DNA of 64,000 nucleotides from the human T2T-CHM13v2.0 reference genome, Homo sapiens (GCF_009914755.1 NC_060941.1); one strand, 5' to 3'. Shown: positions 31,665 through 49,347, numbered from the stretch's first letter. The notes: a model not told the origin generated them from the letters alone. Numbers and translations are program-made.

Positions 31665-32272
31665 TGTGTGTGTGCACCTGCATGCACGCATACACAGGCC
31701 TAGATGCCCACATGCTTATGCAAATGCACAGACACACATGGATGCACACATACACCTACATGCAGTGCATGCGTAGATGCTCACATAGACACACAGACAC
31801 ACATGGATGCACATGTACCTATACACATGCAAATACATAGAGATAGGTGTATCAGCACATATACAGGTACACATATATCTACAAGTACGTAGATAGAAAC
31901 TCACACATATATGTACTTGCACACATACACACATATGCACATAAACACATACACACATTGATAGATGAATGCATATGCATGTACACAGGCACACACATAG
32001 ATGGACACATACACATAAATGTACATAGGTGCATATGTGTTTATACAAACATGAACACACATGTATATCTCTACACATAGATATATGCATACTTTTACAT
32101 ATACACACATGCATGCACATACATATACATGTACACATGCATATACACACCCACAAATGCATGTATAGGTGCAAATACACATGCGTGCATATTACATGTA
32201 GATACAATTGCATATATACGTATTCATACATGTGCGTGTCACACATACATGTACCATACACAGGCACACATA
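31665..32272. repeat. Degenerate (CA/TA/TG)n alternating purine-pyrimidine tract
   Basis: ~600 bp of ACAC/ATAC/ATGC low complexity. Confidence 0.92.
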
Positions 32273-33339
32273 TGAAGGGACTTTTCTACAGCGATTTGAT
32301 GTCGCACCACAACCGAGGAGCTAGTTAAGCCATCTCTGTGAGGAGCTTGAAGTCCACAAGGGAGACTGTGGGAAAGGGACAGTGATGTCAGGTGGAGTGT
32401 GGGAGGTGGGCGAGAGTGAGGAACCCAGGTACAGGCTGGAGCCCACAAGGATGGGCTGGGGCCATGGCTGTCCTTGCTGCCTCTGAGCATGGTGGTGTGG
32501 GCATCCTGCAGAAGCCAGGCCCTCGCTCACAGAGCCAAACACCCACATCTGGCTTGGGAGCAGGCTGTGCTGGAGGAGGATCAGGGTTGGAGGAGGATCA
32601 GGGTTGGAGCAGCTGCAGCGCAGCCACTGTCTCTGCTGTTTGGGGGCCAAGCTGTGCGGCAGGGCCAGCACTTAGGAGGTTTCACCCTTTACCCAGCACC
32701 AGGTGGAAAGGATGGGGGGATACAGACCACAATTGCTGCAGGGAAACAGTAAGAAGGGCTTGGGCTCTGGAAATGTTTGAGAGGAAGAGCAAACAGGACC
32801 TGTAGGTGGGATAGGGTGGGGTTGGAAGAGAGAAACCCCATGTAGCTCTGTAGCTCTGGCCCAGCACACTGGGTGGCTGGTATTTCCACTCAGTCCCCCA
32901 AGAGGAGAGGTTTGGACAGAAAAGATCTGAGAAGGATAGGAAGGGGGAAGAGAAATTAGGCTTCACCTTGCCCCCAAAATGTCCCAGCTCCCAGGTATTC
33001 CTGGGGTGCTACCAAAAGACCAACCTTTCAGTGAGGCCAAGAGACAGAGAAGCCATGGGGCTGTCTGGGCCTGATTCCAGTCCTCCCCCAATCCACACCT
33101 TGGAGCCCTCATGGAGCTCACGGTCAAACCAGACTCTACTGCCAGCCAAGTGGTAGTGGGCTCTTCTCGCAGTCCTGGGGAAAACACACAGGAGGGATTA
33201 GTGGCATCTGTAACTGGGACTTCTCCACTGTTCTACAGAGAGAAGTTGGAAAATGCTTCTAGAGGAAGCACAGGGAGTGATTGTGGTTGGTGGGAATAGG
33301 TTGGGGAAGACAACAGGTAGAATGGCTGGTGCCCAATCT

Positions 33340-33830
33340 GACAGCAGCATCAGCAGATTTGCACGAGCTACAGATGTTGGAATTACTTTAAAAATGCATA
33401 GACTTGAAAAAGAACATATAAATAAAAATTTCAGAACTGAAAAATGTACTGACTGAAATAGAGGACTCCGTGGATAAGTTTTAAAGCAATTAGACATAAC
33501 TGAAGAGAGAATTAGTACACTGGAAAGTAGGTCTGCAGAAAACATGCAGAGTGAAACCTGGAGAATCCAAAGGGCAGAAAAGAAGGAAAAAAACAACAAA
33601 ACAGAAGAAGAACAGGAGACCCACAGACACAGTGAGAAGGGCTGGCATGAAGCTGAATTCCAGGAGGGAGAGAGCCCATAGGCAAAAGCAAAATTGAAGA
33701 AGCAACCACTGAGAATTTCCTATAACTTATGAAAAACATCAAGCCATGTTTTCAAGAAACCAAACAAACCCCAAGAAGGACAAACCAAAAGAAACCCACA
33801 CCCAGACACAAGATAGCAAAACTGAAGAAG
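33340..33830 (+). mobile_element. Old L1 ORF1 fragment
   Basis: ATTAGACATAACTGAAGAGAGAATTAGT...CAAACCCCAAGAAGGA...CCCACACCCAGACACA (RT/PRH-like ORF1p motif in ORF 33729-33932). Confidence 0.75.
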
Positions 33831-34989
33831 AGAGACCATGCCATCCACCCACCATCATTCAAGTGGCTGAGGCAAGACCTGAACCCAAAAATAAAAGGTA
33901 GTTTCATCAGAAGAATAGTGGGAAGCTCCTAAAAATCAAGGAGAAAGCTGGGGGAACAGATTCAGAGAGGGATAGCAACGAGGTGACCCCAGGAGACTCT
34001 AGTGATGACCTTGGCCTTATCTAATCCCCCCAGGTATAAGAGAAGGGTCCCTGACAGGGGGGCATGCAGCAGGGCCCCTCTGGCTTCTATAGGGGAAGGG
34101 CAGGTGTCTGCCTCCCTGTCCCTTGTACACCACGCTTTCCAAGACTCCCCAGCAGTGGAGCATGGGCCTCTAGTGATGCAGAATTTTTGGTTTTACTCAA
34201 TTGCTACCTCAGAGCCCAGGGCACCCCAAGACAGGGCTTGGTCATGTGGGTTCAAGTGGAACCTCATGCAGTCCCCAGAAGCACTGATCCAGCCACACTC
34301 AAGCACTGTTGTGGCTCTAACCAGCATCCCACGTCCCCTACTTGCTAAGAATGTTATTTCAGGGGTCCCACTGCCCTTCTTGCAAGCTGCCTTCCAGCCC
34401 CCTCCAAGCTCAGCTCATCAATATGTCAACATCTGAACCCCACTAGGGAGACGTTTCCCCTGGGGTTCCCAGGCTGCACAGAAGTCAAAGGATGGGCCCG
34501 GCCTCCTGGCAGAAGGATTCCACAGCAGACAGTGTGGCTCCCTCATCCACAAGCTTGGCCACAGAGGCGTGGCCAGTGCCTCTTGGGTCAGCTTTGACCC
34601 AGCCATGACATCTCACCCCATGAGACTTAGGGCTGCAGGAGGAATTTGAGACCCTAGTACAAGCCAAACCTGACTCTTCTGGGCTCATGGACTGGACAGG
34701 CCTCAGGCAGAACGTCCCCTGGACACCAGTGGGCAGGGCTGGGGCAGCAGTGACTTACACTGGATTCAGGTCCTCAAACTCACAGCATAGGGGCAAGAAC
34801 ACATCTCTTCTGTGGCTCCACCCACGTCGCTGTCTTTGGCACCTGCTTCCCTGAGCAGCAGACACTGTGCCTGCCTGTCCTGTCCCCTCACCCTTGCAAT
34901 GCCTTCTGAATGCCAGCACCTGTGCTTCTTTGTCTGAGGGCTTTCTCTGGCTTTTCGAGCCACTTTGTCCCCATCCTCCCCACCTTGCA

Positions 34990-35272
34990 TCCCAGGCAGC
35001 AGGCTGGAAGCACCAGGGTGTTCACATCCCAAGGGAGCAGCCCTCAGAGGCTGGTAGGGCTGGTGTGGGAACTCCCAGCTCCTTTGCCTCCTGATGGGAT
35101 AACCCCAAGACATAAGCCACACTCCGGCGGCTGTCCGGATAATCCTCCTGGATAGGCTGCCCTCCCCGGCCCGTCCCATGCCCCTCTCCCCCACTAACAG
35201 GTTTTGCGTCCCCCGACAAATTACTTGCACCCTATCCTTATCTCGGGTCTTCTGGGGAAACCCTATCCAAGC
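34990..35272 (+). mobile_element. LTR33/LTR16-like ERVL LTR fragment
   Basis: 3' end AAATTACTTGCACCCTATCCTTATCTCGGGTCTTCTGGGGAAACCC. Confidence 0.5.
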
Positions 35273-35529
35273 ACCCACTGCCGGCTGCTGATGGGACAAG
35301 CTGGGAATTGGAGTGAACATCAGACCTTGAGCAGGCCAGCCTCGGGGGTGGATGGTGCAAGAAGGCACCACCTCCTGCAAATGCAGCTAAATCAGCCAGG
35401 GCTGAGGTCTTCAGGCAGTGGTGGACACCTGAGGGTCCAGGGGAGTCAAAGCAAAGCCCTTGGGGTCAGCAGCAAGCAGAAGCCACTGAGAAAAGAGAAG
35501 CAGTGGAGCAAACCCAACAGCTCCCAGGA

Positions 35530-36612
<1,083 letters not shown>

Positions 36613-36962
36613 AGAAGTCCATCTGTATCACCAATTTAAATACATCTTCCTGGTAGTGCCTATTAAAATTATATTGACTTCGATCTTTTTATTATGAAAA
36701 TAAACTGCACTCGGGTGGAAAAAGAAAGCAAACTTCTGCCACACTGGATCCTCGGAGGGAGGGGGCAGTTGCAAACCCAGGGCAGGAGGACGGCACACAA
36801 GCCATGAACGGCAGCCGTCCGGGGGCATCACCACGGCGCCTCACCATCCCTTCTCTGTGTGATTCCTGTTGTTGCCATCCTTCTCCCTAAGAAAGCATCT
36901 GCCCTGCTACCTGGAGGAGGGCAGCTGAGAGCTGCCACTTGAAAATGCCTACAAGGACTGAC

Positions 36963-37347
36963 CGTATCAGTCCATTCTCACACTACTATAAAGAAATACC
37001 TGAGACTGGGTAATTTATAAAGAAAAGGGGTTTCATTGGCTCACGGTTCTGCAGGTTGTATAGGAAGCATGGCTGGGGAGGCCTCAGGAAACTTACAATC
37101 GTGTCAGAAGGCAAAGCGAAAGAGGGCACGTCAACATGGCTGGAGCAGGAGGAAGAGAGAGGAGGGGACACGCTACACACTTTTAAACAACTAGGTCTCA
37201 TGAGAACTCACTCACTGTCACGCAAACAGCAAGAGGGAAATACCCACAACACATGACCCGATCACCTCCCACCAGGCCCCTCTTCCAACATTGGGGATTA
37301 CAATTTGACATGAGATTTGGGTGGGGACACAGATCCAAACCATATCA
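36963..37347 (-). mobile_element. MSTA solo LTR
   Basis: CGTATCAGTCCATTCTCACACT...GATCCAAACCATATCA. TSD CTGAC / CAGAC. Confidence 0.9.
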
Positions 37348-39202
37348 CAGACCTTATGAGTGGTACCGGCAGGTGTCTTCAGTGGGACGCCCTAGAAGGA
37401 GCCCCCAAGCTGGGGATTCTTGTTCGGTGGAATTTCCAAGGACAGGGTTCCCAGGAGTGGAGTGAGGGAGGGGACCCATGTAGGGCAGGGGAGAGGCTGA
37501 ACAGGCATGGCCTCAGCAGGAGGCCAGCCTCAGCCTGGGCCCACGAGAAAGCTCTGAGAGCAAATGGCACCAGCGCCCTTGCCACCGTGGGGCCAGCCCT
37601 TACGCCTCCTATCACCTGGCCAGGCACCGGTGGGCAGTTCCCCACGGAGGGCTGCCATGGGTTGGCAGAGCTGGGGCAGGGCCCTCCTGACCCCTCTCCT
37701 CCTCTCACCCAGTGGCCTTGAAGGCCAGAGCACAATCCCAGGGAGGTTGGCAAAATTCCCTCCTTCACCTGAAGCCGGCACCAAGCCAGCTCTGTGGGCC
37801 TCCCGGCAGCACCGCTTTGCCGACCTGCATGTGAGTGGCTGTTGCCAGCACCTTCCAGGCTGCCCAAAAGCCTCTGGAGTGCACCTGTGACAATTACAGG
37901 TTTCGTGGCACTAACAGCAATAATAATCATTAGAAAGCAGCCTGTGCCGGCTGCATCGGTTTCTTGTTTAGTTGTGCTTTGAGTGCAGTTAATCTTATAG
38001 CTAATATCTAAATGGAAAGGGCAGAAAGACTGTGTTCTTTCTATTTCCCCTCTAAATAGATGTTGCCTTCACCCAGGAACATGGCTTAGCAAGAGGCATG
38101 GCTTACAGGCCTTGCCGTGCCCCAGGAATGGCTGCTCTGAACAGCTCACAAGGGTCCCGATTCCTTACTGCCGCTTCAGCAAACGTTCCTGCGGATTTTA
38201 CGTGGTGACGGGTGCCCCCTGCATGATAGCCGTCCAGACCCCAGCACCCACAGAAACTAAGCCACCAAAACAAGACCTAACAGGAGGGGACCCGCAGGGC
38301 TCCTGAGCAGAAGGCTGGGCGTCAGGGGAGTCCCAGCAGATGGGCGCTTGTTCAAGTCCTCAGGGGCAGACAGAAGGTTCCAGAGAGGTCCTCCCTGCGG
38401 CTGCCGCCTCCCCGGGCTGTGCAGGGCTCACTTGCAGTTAATGAGCCCTCATTAACATGTTGATGGGGATGTGTGCTGTGTCTACTTGGAACCCTTTCAC
38501 TGTGATGGTTGTTTTTGTTGGATTAATGATGCTCAGGTTGGATCCCTTCATAAAAGATGCTGCTTCCCCTCCTTCCCCAACCCCAGCCTTTTCCTAACAG
38601 AGCAATGCCATTTTCCCAGGCAGGCCTCCCTGCAGCCTCCCACCCTCGGCCAGCCCACTGACCCCAAATACTTGCCCGGACCATGATCCAAGTGCGTCCC
38701 TGCTGGCTTCCCCTCCCCATATGGCTCCATGGGCCACTTCCAAGTTCCAGGTCCCTCCTGCTTTCCTCTGAGCAATGCATTGATCCTGCGGCTGCCTCTG
38801 GGCCCAGCAGCTCCTTAGCCTGGGGATCCAGGAGGCAGGGGCTCCGGGGACCGCTTGGCTGGGACCATGCAGAGCAAGTCCAGGGCCAAGGCACCCAAGG
38901 CCAAGTTAAAACTTGGAGCCTGGAATGACTCAGCGCGTGCCCCAGGAGCTGGCCTCTCCAGTGGGCACTCAGGGTTCTGGTGAGGAGCTAGGGGCACCTG
39001 CAGCTACCTCTGAAGGCGTGTTTCTTTCCCAGGTGCTGTGGCAATTTAGGAACAAGCTCAGGTGAAAGGTCGGTAATAAGGGAAGAGGTCTGTGCCCTGG
39101 GGTAGGGTGTCTCCTCTGAAACCATCGCGGACTTCCCCAGCCTGGCTCGAGTGCCAGTCCACCTCCGTCACCTCCGTGTGACCTGGAATCTCTCCTCCAT
39201 GT

Positions 39203-39326
39203 CCTTGAATCCCCTCCACCCACTCCTTGAACCCCTCCACCTTGAACCCCCTCCACCCCCTCCCTGAGCCCCCTCCACCTTGAACCCCCTCCATCTTGAA
39301 CCCCCTCACCTCCACTTTGAACCCTG
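39203..39326. repeat. Irregular C-rich tandem repeat (CCTTGAACCCCCTCCA), ~7 copies
   Basis: Direct reading. Confidence 0.8.
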
Positions 39327-41551
39327 CACACTCAGTCCACACCTCTCACTGCTGCCCCTTTGCAGGTCTCATGCCCTTCCCCTCTCCCCTGAGTCCCCTC
39401 AACTGCCACATCTACTTCTAAAGCTCCCCAGCCTCTTGATGCAGTGTATTAGTCAGCGACTGCAGAGTTAACACTAGGTAAGAAAACTCCCGCCATGTCA
39501 CTGGGGAAGGTATTCATTCCTACCTGGCGAGCCTGCAGGCGGGTCCGAGCTCTGCTGGTTAGAGCGGGCTCCACCCACCACTCTGCTGCAGCTGCGTTCC
39601 AGGAGAGCTTCCTCCAGACCAGGCTGGGCCCAGGCCTGTCCCTCGTGTGTTCATTCTGAAGCCCAGGCTGAAGGAGCAGTGGCTGCCTGAGGCCTGCTTT
39701 TCTCCAGGCATCTGTCACTGGGAACTCAAGAACCAAGCCAGCCACGTGAGCTCTGTGTGCATCTTGTCCACTGCCATCCCGCTGGTCAACAGTCAGGCCC
39801 TGGAGCCCAGTGTCAGTAGGGAAGGGGATGTACACTCTGCCTGCAGTGGGAGAAAGCCCGGGAATCCTTGCTAGGAATCGCACCAGCTTGAACCCACTTC
39901 CCGGGCTGCACTGCCGGGCCCCCTGAGCAGCCAGACCCCCTCCTGCCTCTGAGTCTCGAACATGCTATGGACCTCCCCCGGCACAGGCCCAGCAATGTGC
40001 TGCATATGCTGGGTTGCCGATGCCTACAGTTCTGTGGCCTCTCGTGGTCCTGTTTACCCGCACAACCCCTTGCATGATCCCTGTCACATAGTAGATGCTC
40101 AGCACACACTCTGTAATCTCCTCGCGCACCCAGCTTTCTATCACTCAGAAGGGCCAGGTTCACCCCAGCATACCCACCCCAACCCCCACAGCTCAACAAA
40201 GGAGTGCGCTTCCCCCACAGGTTGGGGAAGCTTTGATGTGCTGGCCCCATCCAGGCCCAAGGCAGGGACAAGGGGACCAGCTGTTCTCTGCCCTGCCCTG
40301 CCCTGCCCTAGCCTCTGCAGAGACACCTCCAGCTCTGTTGCTATGGTTGCCACTCTGTTATCCCCTCTGCTTGCTCACCGATGCCAGACTTTTCTAGAGT
40401 GGGAACTGACCCACACTCTCTAACAGGGCATAAATCATCAAAACTTTAAAGTCCTGGTTAAGACCCAGGGACAGGAAGGGCCCCGAAATCCTGTGCTGGT
40501 GAGAACGTGGCTTCACTTCTCCCCTGCAGGGCCATCTGGGGGTTGGCAGGCACGGCAGGTCCATCAGAATCCCACCCTGCCCCAGGCAGGGGGCTCTGAG
40601 AGCTGAAAGCGGGACGAGCGCTGGGTGTGGACACATTAAAGCAGACAGGTGAGATGCTGAGGGCGTCACTGACCCAGGTTGAGCATCAAAGAAACATTTG
40701 TCGAATGAATTAATGAATAATGACAAGGCATTGCTTCCATTGCACCATGCTGATGTAACCCCAGGGTGGCCACCATCCCAGTTTACCCAGGACCAAGGGG
40801 CAACCTGGGATGCAGGACTTTCAGTACTCAAGTCAGGAGAGTCCCAGGCAAACTAGGACAAATGGGTCACCCTCCATGAACAAGGAGATCCTTCAGCCCC
40901 TTCCCGGTGACTCTGCTTGGGGTGGAGGGAGAGGCAGAGGCCAGAGCCCAGCGGCTCCTCCGCACCCGCTCGCCTGGGCCCAGAGGGGTGCACCAGCCTC
41001 TGGGGGAGTCCTGCCATGGCCACCCACAAGCTGCTCAGAGGGGAGACAGCGGGACCCCTGGTGGCTGGGAATGAGACTCAGCATCTCCAGGGCAGGTCCA
41101 GGAGCCGCCTCATCTCATCCAGTCGTGGACACACCCAGGAGTTCTGCTGGCAGCAGGAAGCAGGCGCTGGTTGGCTTCTGTTTGCCGATGTCTGTCCTGA
41201 GAGGGAGGTGGGCTTGTTTCTGGGACAGCCGAAAAGCAGAGAACCAGGATTGCCTCCAACCCTGTGGCTTCCACCTGGCCAGCCCCTCACCGAGTCATTG
41301 TGGCTCCTTCAGAAATCACAGATTGGGGTTTCCCAAGCACCGCCGGCTCAGTTGGCAGGACTGACTTTGGACAGGAGACACATGAGACCCTGACTGAAGC
41401 TCTGCAGCTGAGGACCCCCACGGCACTCAACAGGCCCCAGGAATGCACAGCTCCTGAGAGGGGATGAGAACATTCCTGGGGTTTGCAAAGCTCAGATCTA
41501 AGGCTAAACGCAGTGTTCTGCTTCAAGCAGGAACCCAGGACATGTGAGCCA

Positions 41552-41680
41552 GAAAGGAGTGGGGAGAGAGAGGAAGGGAGGGAGGAAGAGAGGGGTCAGG
41601 AGGAGAGAGACACAGAGAGAAGGAGAGAGACACAGAGAGAAAGAGGGAGAGAGGGAAAGAGGGAGAGAGAAGGAGAAAGG
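41552..41680. repeat. GA-rich low-complexity tract
   Basis: Direct reading. Confidence 0.85.
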
Positions 41681-42268
41681 ACCTGCTGAAACGTGAAAAC
41701 AGAAATCCAACCAGAAAGAGGAGACAGGGTTGAAGGAGGAAGGAAAGAGGTAGAAAGCTGAAAGTGAGGAGAAGGAAGGAAACTCCGTTCTGCCCTCGTG
41801 CCCAGACAACAGGTGCTCATTCAGAAAGCATGGTGGCTCTGGGCCCAGAGATGCCCTGGGGCTGCCCAGATGCCGCAGGGGTCAGTCGCCTCCCGGAGGC
41901 AGAGCTCAGCCAGTGTTGCCTCCAACCCTCACCTCCTGGCCCAAGGTGAGCCACACACATTTCTACACATGGAAAGGAACTGTGGAACTGGAGAGGGTGA
42001 GCCCAAAGACCCATGCAGACCACTGAAGGCCCAGACATAGCAGAGACGCCCTGACGAAGAGCACCAGGGGGTGAGGGCACTGCCCTGCCAGCCCCTAAGA
42101 CACTATAAAGACACACTAAAGACAGCGGCAGTAGGCAGCACTGGACTGGCAGAGAGACCCATGGGACAGAACAGAGCCAGGGCAGCCCCATGCACTGATG
42201 TGAGCTTGGTCATGACCAAGTTCACGCTGCAGGCGGCATCGCGGGAAACGGTGCTTGGAGTCAGGTTA

Positions 42269-43132
<864 letters not shown>

Positions 43133-46100
43133 CCACATACAAAACAAACAGAAAGTGGAAAAACAAGTCAGAAACCCAGAGATGGTTGCGGCATGCATAA
43201 CTGATAAAGTTTGTATTCAGAATGCATTTAGGACTCATAAAAATCAATGTTAAAAAACACACGAGACAATCGGAAAATAAACAAAAGACCAAAAAAAGGC
43301 ATTTCATACAAGGAAGTGTCTAGCCGATGAAAATGTGGATCCGTATTCAACCTCATTAGCACCCAGAGATACAGACATTGAAGCCGCAATGAGAAACCAC
43401 TGCATAGGCATCCAATACTCAAACCATCTTTAATGGGGTAAATGGGGTAATATCTGGTATTGGCCAGGATGTGGGTCCAGGATCCATCAGACACGATTGG
43501 TGGACTTGTCACCGCTGCAGCCACTTAGGAAACCGTTCGGCCTCACCTGACGAAGCTGAAAATGTGCTTCCCTGAGACCCGACAACTCTCCTTCTTGGCA
43601 AATGTTTTAGAAGTCTTGCCCATGTGCACCAGGAGACGTGGACATTCACAGCAGTGATGCTCAAACTGATTAAAATCACATCCTCCACCTGGAGAACCGA
43701 GGGCTGCTGTGCATTCAGACGCTGGAATTCCACACAGCACTGAAAAAGTGGGCCACAGCCACACATCTGCACATTTGCCCATCTCAGAAACGACACAGAG
43801 TCAAAAAAAAAAAAAAAAGCAAGAAGAATTACACACTGGAATTCCATCCAAATAAAGCTCAGAAATATACAACTGAACCACATGTGATTTAGAGTCAGAA
43901 ACAGCAGATAAAACTATAAAAGCAAAGAATAGAAAACACCACACTCAGGATGCTGTTCCCATTTGGAGGAAGGGGGAGAAGGCAGGGAATGAAACTGGGA
44001 GGCGGGCAGGACCCAGAAGGCCACGCCAGCCATCTGTGCCTCCGGCCGGTGGTGGACACAGGACACACTTTGCTTATTCATTATTTATACGTAAATGTCT
44101 CTGCATATTTCATCATGCTCCAAAAGAACGCAAATGAAGGCAAGAAGCTAACGCAACAGGACAGGGGGCCGAGGGAGGAGAGGCCAGGCAGGCTCCAGCT
44201 AGGGAAGGCTTGTTCTCAACACCCCCCCGGTCAGCTGTTGGGGGCTGTGCCCTTCCCCCCACCACACCCTACCATCTTCTGATGCTCTGTCCTCGTCCCA
44301 CAGAAGTGACTGGTCTGGGTCTGACACCCGGCACGTGAGCATCCCCAGGATGTGAGGGGCAAAGCATACCTGTGGTCCCCCCACCTGGGGGCTCATTAAA
44401 AACGCGTGTGGACTGCACTGTGCTGTGCTGACCCGGGCTGGTCCGGGATGTGTGGACGCAGCCGCTGGTTGGAAACGTCCATTGTGCCGCTGGCTGGTGG
44501 AGGACGCCGCATGGCTGAGCCACCCCGAGGGGACCTGGCTTCCTTCCCCCTTCCTTGTCCAGTCGCCTCTTCCTTCCCTCTGGTCCTCACTCCGACTTAA
44601 CCCACAGCTTTGGGTGGGCTCCCTGCTGCCCCAGTGGGCCCAGTGGGCAAGGAGGGGCGACCCCCAGGATCCTCAGAAAAGCAAACCCTCTCTCCACAGT
44701 GCCCCTCGCTGCCCCACATTTCCCCAGGTGTGTGGGGGCCACACAGTGGCAGCCAGGTCTCTTTCAGTGCCTCCCTCCGCCTGCCCCAGGAGGGACACCC
44801 TAGAACCCCACTCAGCACCCACCAATGCACAAGCCAGAGCAGCTAACCTCTGCCCTGTGCATTGGCCTTGGGCCAATTCTTCCCCCACTTGCCTCTCTGA
44901 TGGCCTTTCCAGGGTCTGGGGTTGGGGGGGATCCTGAGAGCCTGGCCGTCAGTCCCGCCTGGAGGAATCACTCAGCCTGGAGTGGGCTCCACCTCCTTCC
45001 CTGCCCCTCCCCAAGGTGTGGGACTCTGTGCCTCAAGCTCTGCCTTCCAGCCGTCTAGGCTGAACCCCCAGATGACACCCCAGAGCCTCCACAGAGCCCC
45101 GAGGCTGCCCCGGGCTATCTGCCAAGGTCCAGCCAGGGGAGGGATCCCAGCTCTCCCACTGGTTCCAGCCCAGGCCCACGTGGCCTCCTGATGTGGCTCC
45201 CAAACCAGCCTTCAAAGCCACTCACTGTGACGGACACAGGAGGAATGCCACCTCCTCATCCAACGTGAGGACAAAGGATGGAGCCAGGCCGTCAGCAGTG
45301 TGAGTGTGTGAAACTGCTCGGCCCAGAGGGTTCAGCTTCTGCTTCTCAGGGGACAGAGGCACCAACTTTTACCAAACACTGGAATAGAAGGAAGCTCCGT
45401 CTGTCTGTCCCTGGGTTAACAGCTATTGAAAGATGGACAGAGGGTACATGTCTACAGAGGGTACAGAGGGATTTATCAATGTCTCTGTTGACTATTGATG
45501 ACAATTGGATTTTTAAAAGCCTAGGGCACAGTGGGTTTCACTCTATAGAAATCGCACCTTAATAAATCTGAGCGAAAAATCTTAAGGAAGGACAAAGGGA
45601 TGGGGACAATCTGTCCATTCCCCTGTCTCCAGATGGCCCAGCCCGTGAATGATCTGGTCATCCATTCTACCGGCCATCCCTCCTGTCCCCTCAGGACAGA
45701 CCCAGCTTTTGGCTCTGTTTCTACAGAGATCAATGGCACCTCCCCACTGTCCATGGCTCCTCACAGACAGGCCCAGGAGACCATGTGGGCCAGGCCCCAA
45801 CACAGGCAGACCCAGCGTGCAGAGCCCACCTCACCGAGGCAGGAGAAGGCGGGGAAGACTTCCTGGAGGAGGTGCATTTTGGAGGCTACATAGGCGTCCA
45901 CTAAGTAGAAAGGGATGGAGAGGCTGGTGCAAGCTGAGGAGCCTGGGTAAGGCTGTGGCATGAGGCATAGGGAGCTGGAGGATGTGGCCTAGACGGGGCC
46001 AAAGGGGACCCTGGGGAAGAGTCAGGGAGAGCCTGTCCACCTTGCTGAGGAATCTGGATTCTATCCACTGGGAGCACGGGGGAGCTTTGAGCAGGAAGCA

Positions 46101-47104
46101 CCAGGACTGACTCCGTGGGTGGGAAACTGGGCAGAGACAGAGGGGGGCACACAGCCAGGGGCAGGGGCCCAACGGGGACTAGGACCGTAGCCCTGTGAGA
46201 GACCACAGTGGTCAGGGCCAAGGATGGGAAGACGAGAACTGGGGGGGCCCCTGAAAGTGGAGGTGAGGGGTCAGGATGGTACCCAGGTGTGGGCACAGGA
46301 GGGCAGGGGCACTCCAGAGGCAGGAATGGAAGAGCCACGGAGGGACTGAGTTCTGTGCATGTCGATTCCCGGCGCTGGCAGGGCTGCCGGGGGACTCGTC
46401 CAGAGAGTACGGGGACATGGACACAGGCACCATCATCACTCCGTGGTGGACAAAGCGACAGGCTGGCTAAGCAGAGGGACAGGCAGAGGACAGGATCCTG
46501 GGAAGCACCCTCGGACGTGGGCAAGCAGAGGTCCTAAGCCAAGGGTCCTGGCCGGGGAGGACAGGGAGGTCAGGAAGCCACAGGGGGGTATCCGAGGACG
46601 CCGAGGGCTGTGAAGACACTGAACAAAGCGAGACCAAAGGTGGCAGACAGTGGCCAGACCACGATGACCAGGCACAAAGGCTTCAGAGCACGGCAAGGCT
46701 GAGAGCCGGAGTACAGGATGTGCCTAAAACCCCTCACCCTAAATGCCCCTGAAGACAAAGCACAGGTCATCCACGCTGCAGGGCCCCCCAAGGAAGGCGG
46801 CTCCCAGGCCTCAGGCTCAGCTACCCAGCCTGGAGCAGGAAGCCCCTTAGCAGGGGAGTGGGCTGTCAAGCCCATTGCCTCAAGCCAGAGGGCTCCAAAG
46901 TGTGCCTGGGGACCACCGAGGGTCCCTGAGAGCCCTCCAGGGGTTCTCAAGGTCAAAGTTACATGCATTTTTAACACTGAGCCAATTTGCCGCTTTCACC
47001 GAGCGGACTCTCGCTGTCGGCCCAAACGCAATGGCAGAAGGACTGTGGGCTGACAGGGTCAGGGCCTCAGCCACCGCACTCCTTGCCGCACGCATTTGCA
47101 GAGG

Positions 47105-48341
<1,237 letters not shown>

Positions 48342-48477
48342 CGTTCTTTTGCATCCTTTATAATAAGCTGAGAAAGCACCTTCCTGAGTTCTGTGAGCTG
48401 TTCTAGGAAATTCTCAAACCCAGGAAGGAGGCTGTGGGAAACCCGGTGTAAAGCCAGTCAGAAGTGTAGGTGGCCAA

Positions 48478-48805
<328 letters not shown>

Positions 48806-48969
48806 TCACAACTGGTGTCTAGAGAAGGGGCAGTCTTGGAGCAAAAGCTTCAGCCTGTGCAGTGTGACACTACCTCCAGGTAGTGGCGAAGTTGAATTGA
48901 ATCAGAGAACACCCAGCTGGTGTTGAGAGTAGGGAGGAAGCCCACTCTCCTATTAAAAGAGACACAGCT

Positions 48970-49264
48970 GGCCAGGTGCGGTGGCTCATGCCTGCAATCC
49001 CAGCACTTTGGGAGGCTTAGGCGGGCAGATCACGACGTCAAGAGATCGAGACCATCCTGGCCAACATGGTGAAACCCCATCTCTACTAAAAGTACAAAAA
49101 TTAGCCAGGTGTGGTGGTGCGTGCCCGTAGACCCAGCTACTCAGGAGGTTGAGGCAAGAGAATCACTTGAACCTGGGAGGTGGAGGTTGCAGTGAGCTGA
49201 GATCGCATATGGAACTCCAGCCTGGTGACAGAGCAAGCAAGCCTCCGTCTAAAAAAAAAAAAAA
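48970..49264 (+). mobile_element. AluSc
   Basis: GATCACGACGTCAAGAGATCGAGACCATCCTGGCCAAC diagnostic. Confidence 0.92.
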
Positions 49265-49347
49265 GACACTGTGCATTTGGTGTCAGGAGGAGAAAAACAG
49301 CTGGGAGCCTCTCCCCAGCTCCCAGGTGAAATCACGCTGATGGGGTT

